Shown here piece after piece: positions 19,770 to 30,491 of a stretch of DNA of 64,000 bases. Origin of the DNA: Rubripirellula sp. (GTDB lineage Bacteria > Planctomycetota > Planctomycetia > Pirellulales > Pirellulaceae); contig JAAXIK010000289.1 of assembly GCA_012270385.1 (NCBI GenBank), forward strand, positions 17,248-81,247. Direction: 5' to 3'. A model generated the notes under the pieces. That model had not been told where the DNA came from. It searched no databases and was given only the letters and a program-made list of their open reading frames with translations. Numbering within the stretch: the stretch's first letter is position 1; every line of letters begins with the position of its first letter. Both the position numbers and the translations under genes were made by a program.

Positions 19770-22484
19770 ATGATCGCGCGCAATCATCATCCCAAATGTG
19801 ATGTAAAAAAACATATCGATAAACCGGGTGAAAATTTACCAAAGGGTAACCTTTGGCTTTTCCTGATTATTTTTTTACTGATCAGTCCAGCAGTCGTCGC
19901 CCGTGGAGAAATAATGCTACCGAGCATTTTCTCAGACAACATGGTACTGCAACGCGACTTGAAAGTGCCTATTTGGGGATCGGCCGCAGTTGGTGAAGTG
20001 GTAACCGTAAAGTTTGCGGGACAAACGAAGCAGACCCAAGCGGATCAAGACGGAAAATGGATGCTCTACTTGGATCCTTTAACAACCTCGAGCGAAGAGC
20101 AAACGTTGGTGATTGATGGGAGCAACCAACTTAGAATCACAGGAGTGCTAGTCGGAGAGGTTTGGCTTTGTAGTGGCCAATCGAATATGGCTGACTCTTT
20201 TAATTCAAGTAAGAATCGATTCATTGAACCAAAGTATTTTGAATCAGGCCTAGAACACATGCGAGTCTCTACTCGCAATGGCTGGACACCTATCGATTCA
20301 AAAACTCAGCGGACAGTTTCCCGCGTGGGATTTTATTTCGGGGAAAAGTTGTATCGCGAATTAGGTGTGCCAATCGGTCTTATCCTGCGTTACAACTCAG
20401 GAACCCCTATTCAATCATGGATTCCAAAGGAAGAGTCAGAAGTCATCCGAAAACGACTGGACATTCCAGAGGACTGGAACGACTTTCAGGAGAATCGTAA
20501 TCCAGGTGTGCAATTCGCCGACAAAATCGCACCGATTATACCCGTATGCTTCCGTGGAGTGATTTGGTATCAGGGCGAACGAAATGCAAAAGCGGAGACC
20601 GGTTATGAATACCGAGATCTATTGCCGTTCATGATCGAAACTTGGCGAAAGCGATTCACCGGTCATGCTTCGGGGACTTATCGAAAGTTCCCTTTCTACT
20701 TCGTACAAGTACCAACACAGGATTCGACAGGTGAGTGGCCATGGCTGAGAGATTCGATGCGGAGAGTTCTAAGCTCAACATCGAACACGGGTATGGCAGT
20801 CTTTTATGACCATGGACCCAGTTTGCATCCTGACAACAAAAAGGTGGCCGGGACGCGATTAGCTTTATGGGCTTTGGCTAAAGACTATGGGTATGCAGAT
20901 CTAGAATATTCCGGACCGCTACTCAAAGAGGTTCGCTACAACAATCACCGTGCGGAGCTCGAATTCGATCATATTGCAAAAGGCCTCAAGAATCGTAACG
21001 GGAATCCGAAACAATTAGAGTTCTTTGAAATTGCAGGCCAAGATGGAAAATATGTACCTGCACACGCAGAGATAGTCGGAGATCAAGTCCACGTTACACA
21101 CCCGAACGTGAATCAACCCAAATACGTTCGATATCTGTTTCGTAAAACGGAATCAAACCCGACAGTCAGCTTGGTTAATTCTGAGGATTTACCAGCATCG
21201 AGCTTTATCACAGATGACTTCAAGCCGCCTCGGAACATACCTGTCGATGTCAATACAGAAGAGAAACCCAACGGCAGAAGATCATCTCTGGATCGGGGCC
21301 CGACAGAAACTCCGGCAAATTCATCGCAACGCAACCCAATGAGCTATGCCGAGCTGGTTTCTCTCAGTGAATCTGGCCAACCAGCTCCAGCAATTGAGAA
21401 TCTAAACTTATCTCAAGTTTCTTATTCAAACGAACGGAAGCTTCCGGATCTGAATCAACCCTATATTGACACCTCACCGGAGGACATGGCTGATGGAATA
21501 GAGGTCGGAGAACTCGGACAAGATACCGGTAATAAGGAACTCGTCCTGAATTTTGCTAATGAAATTGCATCTGGAAAACATGGCGAAATCGATAGCTTGT
21601 TAATTCATCATGATGGCCGCCTCATTTTTGAATCCTATTACCGACGCGGGAGGGTGAATTACCCTCACTATCAAATGTCAATCACCAAGTCGTATACAGC
21701 TTTGGCGTTGGGACGCGCGATGACCCTTGGCTACATTACCATGGCGGATCTGAAACGCCCCGCATTGGAATTCCTGGATGAGATTAATAGAAATCAGATT
21801 GCCGTGGGTAGTGACACCATTACGCTCCACGATGCTCTGAATATGCACTCTGGTATTCGGATAAGTCAACTTGCGGCAACCAAATTACGTAAACCAAGTC
21901 AGTCACTGCAGGGCCAAGGACTAATCCAAGCATTCTTGGAAGAATCTGGTCCAATTGATTCGCAAAGCAAACAATACAAATATCAGTCCTCTGATCCCTC
22001 CATTGTGATGCAGGTAATTCAGCAGATTGCTCCTCAGTCAGCAAAAAAAATGATTGTAGAGGAGTTATTGAACAAGCTCGGGATCACAAAGTTTGGTTGG
22101 CAAGATGATGCGAGTGGTCTTCCAAAATCGGCTGCTGGAAGCAGTATGCGATCGCGAGACATGATCAAATTTGGAGTGTTGGTCCGTAATGCTGGGAGAT
22201 GGGATGGTGAGCAATTAATCCCCGAAGAGTTTATCCAAAAAGCTACATCTCGCATCTACACCAACCCACAAAATACATCCTATGGTTTTTTTTGGTGGAC
22301 CCATGATGCAGAGGTAAATGGAAAAAGTTATACGGTAAAATCTGCTCGAGGAGCCGGTGGTCAATTTATCCTAGTGATCGATGACTTGGATCTGATCATC
22401 GCCATCACCGCTCACAATCAGGGCATGGGAAATATGCTTCAGACAGCTCCACAACGGCTGATTCCTGCAGTCCTGTCTCAATAA
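19770..22484 (+). CDS. Fusion: sialate O-acetylesterase-like (SGNH/SASA) + beta-lactamase-fold serine hydrolase
   Basis: N-part has LPSIFSDNMVLQR, GEVWLCSGQSNM, GVIWYQGE and LHPDNK. C-part has SITKS (SxxK), LNMHSG, YKYQS, YGFFWW and ARGAGGQFI. A low-complexity linker joins them and there is no internal stop. Confidence 0.88.
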   Translation: MIARNHHPKCDVKKHIDKPGENLPKGNLWLFLIIFLLISPAVVARGEIMLPSIFSDNMVLQRDLKVPIWGSAAVGEVVTVKFAGQTKQTQADQDGKWMLYLDPLTTSSEEQTLVIDGSNQLRITGVLVGEVWLCSGQSNMADSFNSSKNRFIEPKYFESGLEHMRVSTRNGWTPIDSKTQRTVSRVGFYFGEKLYRELGVPIGLILRYNSGTPIQSWIPKEESEVIRKRLDIPEDWNDFQENRNPGVQFADKIAPIIPVCFRGVIWYQGERNAKAETGYEYRDLLPFMIETWRKRFTGHASGTYRKFPFYFVQVPTQDSTGEWPWLRDSMRRVLSSTSNTGMAVFYDHGPSLHPDNKKVAGTRLALWALAKDYGYADLEYSGPLLKEVRYNNHRAELEFDHIAKGLKNRNGNPKQLEFFEIAGQDGKYVPAHAEIVGDQVHVTHPNVNQPKYVRYLFRKTESNPTVSLVNSEDLPASSFITDDFKPPRNIPVDVNTEEKPNGRRSSLDRGPTETPANSSQRNPMSYAELVSLSESGQPAPAIENLNLSQVSYSNERKLPDLNQPYIDTSPEDMADGIEVGELGQDTGNKELVLNFANEIASGKHGEIDSLLIHHDGRLIFESYYRRGRVNYPHYQMSITKSYTALALGRAMTLGYITMADLKRPALEFLDEINRNQIAVGSDTITLHDALNMHSGIRISQLAATKLRKPSQSLQGQGLIQAFLEESGPIDSQSKQYKYQSSDPSIVMQVIQQIAPQSAKKMIVEELLNKLGITKFGWQDDASGLPKSAAGSSMRSRDMIKFGVLVRNAGRWDGEQLIPEEFIQKATSRIYTNPQNTSYGFFWWTHDAEVNGKSYTVKSARGAGGQFILVIDDLDLIIAITAHNQGMGNMLQTAPQRLIPAVLSQ

Positions 22485-22532
22485 ATTTGATGCAGCCGGA
22501 ATGAATTGGACGAAAAAGGTTAACAAATATCG

Positions 22533-24578
22533 ATGAAGTTCATTTTCTTTCTGATCCCAGCATTGCTACTCATCGACTCTGCTTCTGCGGAAAATCCAAA
22601 GAACATTGTGCTCATCCTAGCTGATGATCTTGGATGGTCTGACACGTCACTCTTCGGAAAAACGACGCTTTACGAGACACCCAATATTCAGCGGCTCGCA
22701 TCGAGAGGCATGACCTTCTCACAGGCTTACGCGAGCCCTATCTGCTCTCCCACGCGGGCCAGCATCATGACGGGGCAGAATCCGGCTCGACACGGAATGA
22801 CGGCGCCGGCAGCACATCTGGCACAAGAAATCTTTAACGCCGTAGTGAATGAATCGGGTCCACCTCACCAAAAAAGTACAAACGTTAGGAGTTCGACTCG
22901 GTTAGATCCAGATCTCCCGATGCTAAGTGAACTTTTACTGAAAGCAGGATATGAGACAGCGCATTTTGGAAAGTGGCATTTAGGACGTGAACCTCATTCA
23001 CCGATAGAGCGGGGCTTCATTATTGACCTTCCACATTGGTGGGGTCCCGGTCCAAAGACGAGCTACCTCGCGCCGTGGGGCTATGAGAACCCTGATTTCA
23101 TCGAAGGTTTCCCAGGTGAACACATCGAAGATCGCATGGCCAACGAAGCACTGAACTGGTTAAGCAGTAGGGATAAATCCAAGCCTTTTTACCTGAACTA
23201 CTGGCAATTCTCTGTTCACGCACCCTTCGGAGCGAAGCCTGAACTCATCGCGAAATATCGCAAGAAATTAGGAAGTTCAGTGATTCCCCAAACCCGTTCT
23301 GCTGTGAAGAATCGATTACTGAGTTCTCATGAACCACTTACAAATTTACCTCAGCAATCTCCCACTTACGCCGCCATGGTTCACTCTCTTGATGACGCAG
23401 TGGGAAAACTATTGGACAAGCTTGACTCGGAGGGTCTAACTCAAGATACCATCATTATTTTTTACTCCGATAATGGCGGAAATATTCACTGTGGACTCGA
23501 AGAAATCGCGATCAATGGCGATACCTACATCACGCCGATCACAAGCAACCACCCGCTGCGTGGCGGTAAGGGTAGTATCTACGAGGGCGGTATCCGCGTT
23601 CCAGCTGTCATCGCTTGGCCAGGTGTCACTCAACCCGGAACAACGAGCAATGTGCGAATTCAGTCCACAGATCTCTACCCTACTATTCTGAAAATGCTGA
23701 GTGTCGATCGGCCGACTGACCATCAGATTGATGGAGTTGACTTCACACGAGCACTAAAGGGTGAAGCGATGGATCGTGAGCCTATGTTCACGTTGGTTCC
23801 AAGCCATGGTGCCACACCGCATTGGTTGCCCCCTTCGATCTCTGTGCATCATGGTAAATGGAAATTGATACGAACCTTCTATCACGGCAAGAATCAGGCT
23901 CATGAATACCGGCTTTTTAATTTGGAGACAGATATCGGTGAGATGCAGAATCTAGCTGCAACTCATCCTGAAATCGTCGACAAACTTGACCTTCTCATCA
24001 CCGACTATATCCGATCGACGAACGTAGTCGTGCCTCGGCCAAACCCCAAGTTTGACGAATCGGTATTCAATGCACAGTCCATCGGAGTACAACCAGGGGG
24101 CTTAAAGATGCCTCGAGAGTTCATACGCGATCAGGCCCCAAAGAAACAATTGGGTGGTACTACCTTAATTGATTCAGAAAAAATGCTCGGTTGGACTATC
24201 AGAGGCGGTTCAGCATCCATTACCCACGAAGCACTACAAATTAAAGCGGAGAGCAAGCAAGCTTTGCTGATCAATTCCGCTATAAATGTCGACGGTGCAA
24301 ACGCTTTGAGAATACGAATCAAAACATCCAAGCCAATCACAACAACATTGCAGTGGAGAGTAGCGGGACAAGAACGTTTTCCGGATACCGGTCAAAAAGT
24401 CTCGCTGGATATAAAAGGGGGGCAGTGGGAAGAAATGAGCGTTGATCTTCCGATGAATGAAAAGATAATCCACTTCCGATTCCTCCTTCCAAAGACTAAC
24501 CAGGCAATAGAAGTTGACTGGATTGAGCTTCTTGTTAATGGGAACAAAAATTACCGCGGGAAACGCTGGGATTTCTGA
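22533..24578 (+). CDS. Sulfatase (S1, Cys-type) with extra C-terminal beta-rich domain
   Basis: NIVLILADDLGW, CSPTRASIMTG, GKWHLG, SDNGG. About 150 aa of C-terminal extension ending ...FRFLLP...VDWIEL. Confidence 0.93.
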   Translation: MKFIFFLIPALLLIDSASAENPKNIVLILADDLGWSDTSLFGKTTLYETPNIQRLASRGMTFSQAYASPICSPTRASIMTGQNPARHGMTAPAAHLAQEIFNAVVNESGPPHQKSTNVRSSTRLDPDLPMLSELLLKAGYETAHFGKWHLGREPHSPIERGFIIDLPHWWGPGPKTSYLAPWGYENPDFIEGFPGEHIEDRMANEALNWLSSRDKSKPFYLNYWQFSVHAPFGAKPELIAKYRKKLGSSVIPQTRSAVKNRLLSSHEPLTNLPQQSPTYAAMVHSLDDAVGKLLDKLDSEGLTQDTIIIFYSDNGGNIHCGLEEIAINGDTYITPITSNHPLRGGKGSIYEGGIRVPAVIAWPGVTQPGTTSNVRIQSTDLYPTILKMLSVDRPTDHQIDGVDFTRALKGEAMDREPMFTLVPSHGATPHWLPPSISVHHGKWKLIRTFYHGKNQAHEYRLFNLETDIGEMQNLAATHPEIVDKLDLLITDYIRSTNVVVPRPNPKFDESVFNAQSIGVQPGGLKMPREFIRDQAPKKQLGGTTLIDSEKMLGWTIRGGSASITHEALQIKAESKQALLINSAINVDGANALRIRIKTSKPITTTLQWRVAGQERFPDTGQKVSLDIKGGQWEEMSVDLPMNEKIIHFRFLLPKTNQAIEVDWIELLVNGNKNYRGKRWDF

Positions 24579-24656
24579 TTCTATAGCTCATTATATTTTT
24601 AAATAGCACGAGGCTGGATTCAAATTCTTGTACTCAGCGTTAGACCATTAACACTC

Positions 24657-27224
24657 ATGACTACAAAATATTCCGTTCGACTTGCCCAGACTCTGCTCAT
24701 CTACTGTGTATTGGCTAGCTTTACCGGTGCGAATGAATTTGTCCGAAACGCCACATTTGAAGATACGTTTGCAAACGACAACATCGATGAAGCTCGAGTG
24801 CAAACGTTCCTTGAAACCTACTGTGTAAAATGCCACGGGAGCGATCAGCAGAAGGGAAACATCTCGTTAAACACCATCGGAAGAGATACGACGTTCAAGC
24901 AAGAGATTGAAGTCTGGGAGTCCGTTCTTGAAATACTAGAATCGGGTGAGATGCCCCCGTCATCTGAGGTTCAACCCAAAAGTAGCGAGAGACAGATTGT
25001 CATATCATGGATTGAAACGCAGCTTAGAAAATCATCCCACTCCGCTAAAGTAGTCCATCGAAAGTCAGTAACCCGCCGGCTGACCAATATCGAATACCAG
25101 AACACATTGCGTGATCTTTTTGGATTCGAGTTGGAAATCATTGATAAGTTACCCAAAGATCCAACTAAACCCTACCAATTCAATAACACTCCAGAATTGA
25201 TGCTTATCGGTCCAGAGCAGATCGATCGCTATCTTGAAATAGCTCGCCAAGTTCTGGCGAGTGCGATTGTGGATCCACAGGAACCCGTAGTTCACAAGAC
25301 CCGCCGTGAATGGCTACGACACGGCCTTGATCGCGGATTAGCGTTAGATGAAATCGGGGTGTATGGAAATCGGCGTCACAGCGTTTCACAAGGATTCAGT
25401 TTAAAAAGCTTTCCCAAGACTGGGGATTTTAGAATTCGCGTTCGTGCTTCTGCGATCCTTCCACCAGGGCACCAAATGGTACCCCTCCGCTTAATCATGG
25501 GGAACGATATTCAGATCAACAGTTCCACGCGAGAAACTCGGGAAGTTGGAGTCGTACAACTGGCGAACACACCTGACTCACCTCGAACCATTGAGTTTAC
25601 GGGTCGTATTGAAAATTTCCCGCCACTGCCGGGAAAAATGGTAAACGAAAAACAGCAACCAGCTCGGATGACCATCACGCCGCAAAACATCTTCGACGAT
25701 GGATCTCTGAATGATCGTTACAGTTACGGGAACCTCCGCAACATTGATTTGCCACGGATAGTGATTGAGTGGATGGAATTTGAATCACCCATAACGGATA
25801 AGTGGCCACCGGATCACCATACATCCATTCTATTCGAGTCCCCGCTGCAATCAGACGATTTGAATGCTTATGTTAATCAAGTGATTAAGCGTTTCATGAC
25901 GCGAGCATATCGCCGACCGGTTGATCCAGAAGAGGTGGAAATATTCTTTCAGATTTATGAACAAGTGAAATCGGAATTCTCTACGTTAGAAGGAGCAATG
26001 CGAGAGACACTGGCTATGGTGTTGATCTCTCCTCAGTTTCTCTACCACACGGAAACCGAGAGAGCACCTGACGATCACTACGCTATTGCCTCAAGACTCT
26101 CTTATTTTCTCTGGGCCAGCATGCCGGATGAGGAATTACTGGATCTCGCCGAAAAACAACAATTGAATGACCCTGCGGTCATAGAGAAACAGGTTCTGAG
26201 ACTCCTTGGTGACGAACGGGCCGAGAGTTTTATCCGTAACTTCACGATGCAGTGGCTCAACTTGGAGAAAATGAAAACCGTTCCGATCAATCGCGATCGC
26301 TTCCCTCGTTTTTTGTATTACGTCTCCGCGGGTGAACGCGCTGGCACTGAGATGCCATATCTACCGACAGTGCGGGACTACTTGCTCGAAGAGACTGTAG
26401 CTTTTGTAGGTGAATTGATCCGGCGAAATGCGAGCGTTCTCAATATTGTTGATTCTGATTTCGCGATGCTGAACCAACGCTTGGCATCTCACTACGGGAC
26501 TAAGAAAATTCAAGGGACGCATTTCAGAGCTGTTCCGCTGTCCCCCGAAGATAATCTGGGAGGGCTTTTAACACACGGCTCTGTTTTGATAGGAAACGGA
26601 ACAGGCACAGCTGCACATCCTATCTATCGTGCTGTCTGGTTACGAGAAGCAATACTCGGTGACGAGGTTCCTGAACCACCCGCAGAGGTCCCAGCCTTGT
26701 CCGATTCCGCCGGAGAGTCTGCCGATCGTGCGTTTACGATCGCAGAGCTTCTGGCGCAGCATCGCAACGTTGAAAGCTGTAATGATTGCCATTTTCGACT
26801 GGATCCTTGGGGCATTCCTTTTGAGCAATACAACGCAATCGGTCAGTTTCGCCCCATGGTTCCCAGTGAGGGAATCCGTGTTTCCGTCTTTGATAAATCT
26901 AAACATGAGGATATGGCAGGCTATCAGAACTATCTAGATTCCATCAATGTAAACTCGCTTTCCTCTGAAGCCACACTCCCAAATCAGGCAACAGTTAGTG
27001 GTGTCCGCGGGCTAAAAAAACATCTGTTATCCAATTATGCTGACTCCATTGTCAGGAATATAACCCGGCGACTGCTGAGCTATGGCATGGGAGAACCCTT
27101 GGATCATCACGATTGGGTTACCCTTGAAAGTATCATGGAGCAAACCGAAGCTGGGGGACATCGTCTCCGAGACATAATTATCGCCATCTGTAAAAGCGAT
27201 TCATTTACAGCAAACAGCAACTAA
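24657..27224 (+). CDS. DUF1592-family diheme cytochrome c protein
   Basis: Signal peptide, CVKCHG, GEMPP, RRLTNIEYQNTLRDL, ASRLSYFLWASMPD, HPIYRAVWL, CNDCH..LDPWG. Confidence 0.92.
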   Translation: MTTKYSVRLAQTLLIYCVLASFTGANEFVRNATFEDTFANDNIDEARVQTFLETYCVKCHGSDQQKGNISLNTIGRDTTFKQEIEVWESVLEILESGEMPPSSEVQPKSSERQIVISWIETQLRKSSHSAKVVHRKSVTRRLTNIEYQNTLRDLFGFELEIIDKLPKDPTKPYQFNNTPELMLIGPEQIDRYLEIARQVLASAIVDPQEPVVHKTRREWLRHGLDRGLALDEIGVYGNRRHSVSQGFSLKSFPKTGDFRIRVRASAILPPGHQMVPLRLIMGNDIQINSSTRETREVGVVQLANTPDSPRTIEFTGRIENFPPLPGKMVNEKQQPARMTITPQNIFDDGSLNDRYSYGNLRNIDLPRIVIEWMEFESPITDKWPPDHHTSILFESPLQSDDLNAYVNQVIKRFMTRAYRRPVDPEEVEIFFQIYEQVKSEFSTLEGAMRETLAMVLISPQFLYHTETERAPDDHYAIASRLSYFLWASMPDEELLDLAEKQQLNDPAVIEKQVLRLLGDERAESFIRNFTMQWLNLEKMKTVPINRDRFPRFLYYVSAGERAGTEMPYLPTVRDYLLEETVAFVGELIRRNASVLNIVDSDFAMLNQRLASHYGTKKIQGTHFRAVPLSPEDNLGGLLTHGSVLIGNGTGTAAHPIYRAVWLREAILGDEVPEPPAEVPALSDSAGESADRAFTIAELLAQHRNVESCNDCHFRLDPWGIPFEQYNAIGQFRPMVPSEGIRVSVFDKSKHEDMAGYQNYLDSINVNSLSSEATLPNQATVSGVRGLKKHLLSNYADSIVRNITRRLLSYGMGEPLDHHDWVTLESIMEQTEAGGHRLRDIIIAICKSDSFTANSN

Positions 27225-27266
27225 AATTAATTTCGATCCAATCACTCACACCTGAAACTTCGAATC

Positions 27267-28649
27267 ATGGCATCAAAATCTTGGCAGATCAAACGACGGG
27301 AGGTTTTAAAAGGAGCTGGTATCGCACTTGGCTTACCCTCCCTGGAAGCGATGACCATCAAAAGAGCAGGGGCTTCTTTATCTCCCAAGAATCCACCCAA
27401 GCGAATGATGATCGGCTATATAGCCTATGGGACCTACATGCCAGATGGCCAATCGGGAGTCCGATCAAAAACCCATCCTATTGACCAGCACCCTGAATGG
27501 AGTTGGTGGCCTTGCAGCCAACCTGGCGAGCTAACTTTTAATAAGTCGTCGGAACCTTTCAAGGATTTAAAAAACTATGTGAGCTACCTTCGTGGCCTAG
27601 ATCATAAGGGTGGATGGAAGATGGGTGGCCACAGCTCCGGTGACGTCTTTGCAACCGGGGCCGATATGACGGAGACGGAAAAAACCAACAACATATCGAT
27701 TGATCAAGTGGCTGCTAATCTGCATGGTCATGAAACTCGCTATCGATCATTGGTCTTGGGCACCGAGGGAGGCACAGGATCGTATGGCTCGAGCAAGACG
27801 CTCTCACACCGAGGTCCAGGACGACCGATTCCATCGATGCACAAACCGCAAGAAATCTTCAATCGACTTTTTGATCCTTATTCCGGGAAAGGAATCGAGC
27901 AAGTCAGAGCAACACTTAAACGAGAAGCAAGCATTCTTGATTTACTCTTGGAGCACAGCAAAAGCTTTCACAGGAAACTGGGCCGTCAAGATCAAGAAAA
28001 AATGGATGAGTACCTTGAGTCGGTTCGGTCAATCGAAAAACGTGTTGAACGTACTAGTCAATGGACGCACGAGCCTCTTCCTGTCATGGACACAAAAGGT
28101 CTCAATCTTGATGTAGCCTACAAAGAACCGAAAGAATATATCCGCTGCATGTACGACCTGATCTATCTTGCATTCGTCACTGACTCAACACGTTACGCAA
28201 CTTTGATGCTTGAGAGTGAACAATCCTCAACGTCAGAGATGTGGAATTATGCCACTTATGTGTTGGGCTATAAGGGAGCAACACATGACATCGCGCACAA
28301 ACGCCCAGAAGATTACTCTGGGCAGTGGGATCGTTGGCGTGCAGAGCAACATGCCTACTTTCTGAGACGGCTAAGAGACACCTCGGAGGGTGATGGCAAT
28401 ATGCTTGACCACACCGTTGTTCTTTGGGGATCAGCCCATCCCCACGCATCGCACAGCACTAGAAATTATCCGATTCATCTAGCTGGCGGTAATCGCTTAG
28501 GCTTCAAGCATGGCAGGTTGCATGAATTCATCGGTGACAAAAAAGTTCCATTAGCGAACCTATTTGTTTCCATGCTCAATGCGATAGATGTGCCGGTAGC
28601 GCAATTCGCTGATAGCACCGGATCCATGAGTGAATTGATGAAGGGTTAA
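27267..28649 (+). CDS. DUF1552 family protein (Tat-exported)
   Basis: IKRREVLKG..LPSLEAM, GGHSSGD, ISIDQVAA, DSTRYAT, THDIAH, SHSTRNYP, FADSTG. Confidence 0.92.
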   Translation: MASKSWQIKRREVLKGAGIALGLPSLEAMTIKRAGASLSPKNPPKRMMIGYIAYGTYMPDGQSGVRSKTHPIDQHPEWSWWPCSQPGELTFNKSSEPFKDLKNYVSYLRGLDHKGGWKMGGHSSGDVFATGADMTETEKTNNISIDQVAANLHGHETRYRSLVLGTEGGTGSYGSSKTLSHRGPGRPIPSMHKPQEIFNRLFDPYSGKGIEQVRATLKREASILDLLLEHSKSFHRKLGRQDQEKMDEYLESVRSIEKRVERTSQWTHEPLPVMDTKGLNLDVAYKEPKEYIRCMYDLIYLAFVTDSTRYATLMLESEQSSTSEMWNYATYVLGYKGATHDIAHKRPEDYSGQWDRWRAEQHAYFLRRLRDTSEGDGNMLDHTVVLWGSAHPHASHSTRNYPIHLAGGNRLGFKHGRLHEFIGDKKVPLANLFVSMLNAIDVPVAQFADSTGSMSELMKG

Positions 28650-28652
28650 TCC

Positions 28653-29399
28653 ATGCGAATTTATCTTGCTCTCGTACTCACTCAGCTAACCATTACTTTT
28701 TGTTTTTCCGATCAGGAGCACGAGTCTGCGAATGTACCACGCGTTCTAATCATCGGTGACAGTACATACACTCAACATACGCGAGAGTTAGGCAAGGCTC
28801 TCCAAGACAGGTGCCAAATCACCTACGCAATGATCAATCCTGACGAAATCGTAGACTCGAAGAGTACGATTCATTTACTGGATCGACATCTTGGAAGAAT
28901 TGATCGAAACGGAAAAAAAATCGATCCTGAATACTGGCCTAGCTGGGACTTGATCCATTTCAACTGTGGGCTTGGTGATCTGATCCACCGCACACCGCAG
29001 ATGAAATCGTTTCGGGTGATGCCTATTCACGTAGGCGGGATCCGCAATACCTCTGAAAAGGAATACGCTCAGAATCTAGATACGTTAGTGAGGGCGTTGA
29101 AGGAGCGGGCTCCAAAAGCAAAGCTCGTATGGGCTAGCACGACTCCGATTCGCGCCTCAGCAAGCAACGTATTTGAATTGGGATCCGAAGTTCAATACAA
29201 CCAGATTGCGGCCTCAGTGATGCAGAAGCATAACGTTGTAATCAACGATATGTACAGCTTTACCAAAGAGTTGATTGATATGGAGAAACCAGCCGGCTTC
29301 GGAGCAGATCCATTCCACTTCGATAAAAAATCACTCCATCCAGGGATCACTCGAGTGCTCGAACAGGCATTCAATCTTCCCAGTGAAACGACAGAGTAA
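28653..29399 (+). CDS. SGNH/GDSL hydrolase family protein
   Basis: PRVLIIGDS (block I), HFNCGLGD (block III), VWASTTP and DPFH (DxxH); signal peptide; 3 nt after the DUF1552 stop. Confidence 0.88.
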   Translation: MRIYLALVLTQLTITFCFSDQEHESANVPRVLIIGDSTYTQHTRELGKALQDRCQITYAMINPDEIVDSKSTIHLLDRHLGRIDRNGKKIDPEYWPSWDLIHFNCGLGDLIHRTPQMKSFRVMPIHVGGIRNTSEKEYAQNLDTLVRALKERAPKAKLVWASTTPIRASASNVFELGSEVQYNQIAASVMQKHNVVINDMYSFTKELIDMEKPAGFGADPFHFDKKSLHPGITRVLEQAFNLPSETTE

Positions 29400-29498
29400 T
29401 GAGTGATTCAAATAAGGCTCAAAGGGGCTGATTCACTTTCACGAACCTCAGCAAATAGCTTTTCTTGGCTTTGCACCTAAGCTTAGGAACTGGGATGA

Positions 29499-30467
29499 TC
29501 AAGGTGAATTGAGATAACTATCCCAATGTTCAGCCACAAAATCCAGGTCGAGAGGTTTGGAGGTTACCAAATACCGGTACCTGGAAACGTAGTCTTTTCC
29601 GGGCTCGATTTTAAACTTCCCACCAACACACGGGGCGAAACAAAAATATGGCTTATGGGGATGCAGTCTTACATGCTGAGGGGCACGAAAATTGTTGGGG
29701 CTACAAAACACGCTCAAGCTGGCATCCTTCCCTTCAAGTTTCCCACTCAGTGACACCCAGTTCGGTCTCGTGTGATTTCCCTCCCAGCGATTTTTACCTT
29801 CGCTGGTTATGAATTGCAGATCTCCTCTACCGGTAGTTCGATCATCCTTTTCTTTCAGCCACACTGAATTCCCTCGAATCGCCATGCCGCCATAATGATA
29901 CTCATCGATCTCGAGCGGGGATTCCGAAACACATCGCTGAACACTCTCTATGTCAAAAAGGAAATAGTCTGCAGGGGTATCATGAACCGTTACAGTCCAC
30001 GTCTCATGAATGACGTCCTCTTTTTTGTTATCCAGTCGCACGAAAAAGTTGTGTTCTGCTGCGAATGAAACCGAGTTACCACCACGACTAATATTGCGAA
30101 TACCCCTAAATTCAATCCCGGCCAACTGCTTTGCCTGATTCCAGAAATCAACGCGTCTTCCCTTGAAACGCGATTTTACCCAAGCAAAAAAAAGAGCATG
30201 TTGGTGTGCATGATCCAGTGGATAATCCCCGGTAAACTCTTGGCCCGTGGGTGTGTAAACAGGATGGATATATCCACTACGTTGAAAATAACCCTCTAAG
30301 CCGCTTGGAACCGGCCTTGATGTCTTCACGTACTGAAGCACTGGCTTGTTGCCATGAAGGATCCTGATTTCACCCTCGGTGTCCAAGATTGTCAATTCAG
30401 CGATGAGTTGTGAGTGAATTCCCAGCGTGCATGCAATCAATGAAATGCATAAGAGGCGAAGATTCAT
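29499..30467 (-). CDS. 'PmoA'-annotated / DUF6807 family exported protein
   Basis: RSGYIHPVYTPTG, DHAHQHALFFAW, YHYGGMAIRG, RPNWV; signal peptide; no multi-pass membrane pattern. Confidence 0.8.
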   Translation of the reverse strand: MNLRLLCISLIACTLGIHSQLIAELTILDTEGEIRILHGNKPVLQYVKTSRPVPSGLEGYFQRSGYIHPVYTPTGQEFTGDYPLDHAHQHALFFAWVKSRFKGRRVDFWNQAKQLAGIEFRGIRNISRGGNSVSFAAEHNFFVRLDNKKEDVIHETWTVTVHDTPADYFLFDIESVQRCVSESPLEIDEYHYGGMAIRGNSVWLKEKDDRTTGRGDLQFITSEGKNRWEGNHTRPNWVSLSGKLEGKDASLSVFCSPNNFRAPQHVRLHPHKPYFCFAPCVGGKFKIEPGKDYVSRYRYLVTSKPLDLDFVAEHWDSYLNSP

Positions 30468-30491
30468 CTGCCTGACCTTTTACAACTGAAA

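Noticed and set aside
21340-22484. Antibiotic-resistance beta-lactamase
   Set aside because: It has the SxxK fold only, lacks the YxN and KTG motifs, is fused to an esterase, and has no mobile context.
29476-29487. Perfect 12-bp palindrome CCTAAGCTTAGG between convergent genes
   Set aside because: It occurs once, has no loop or U-tract, and I saw no repeat elsewhere.
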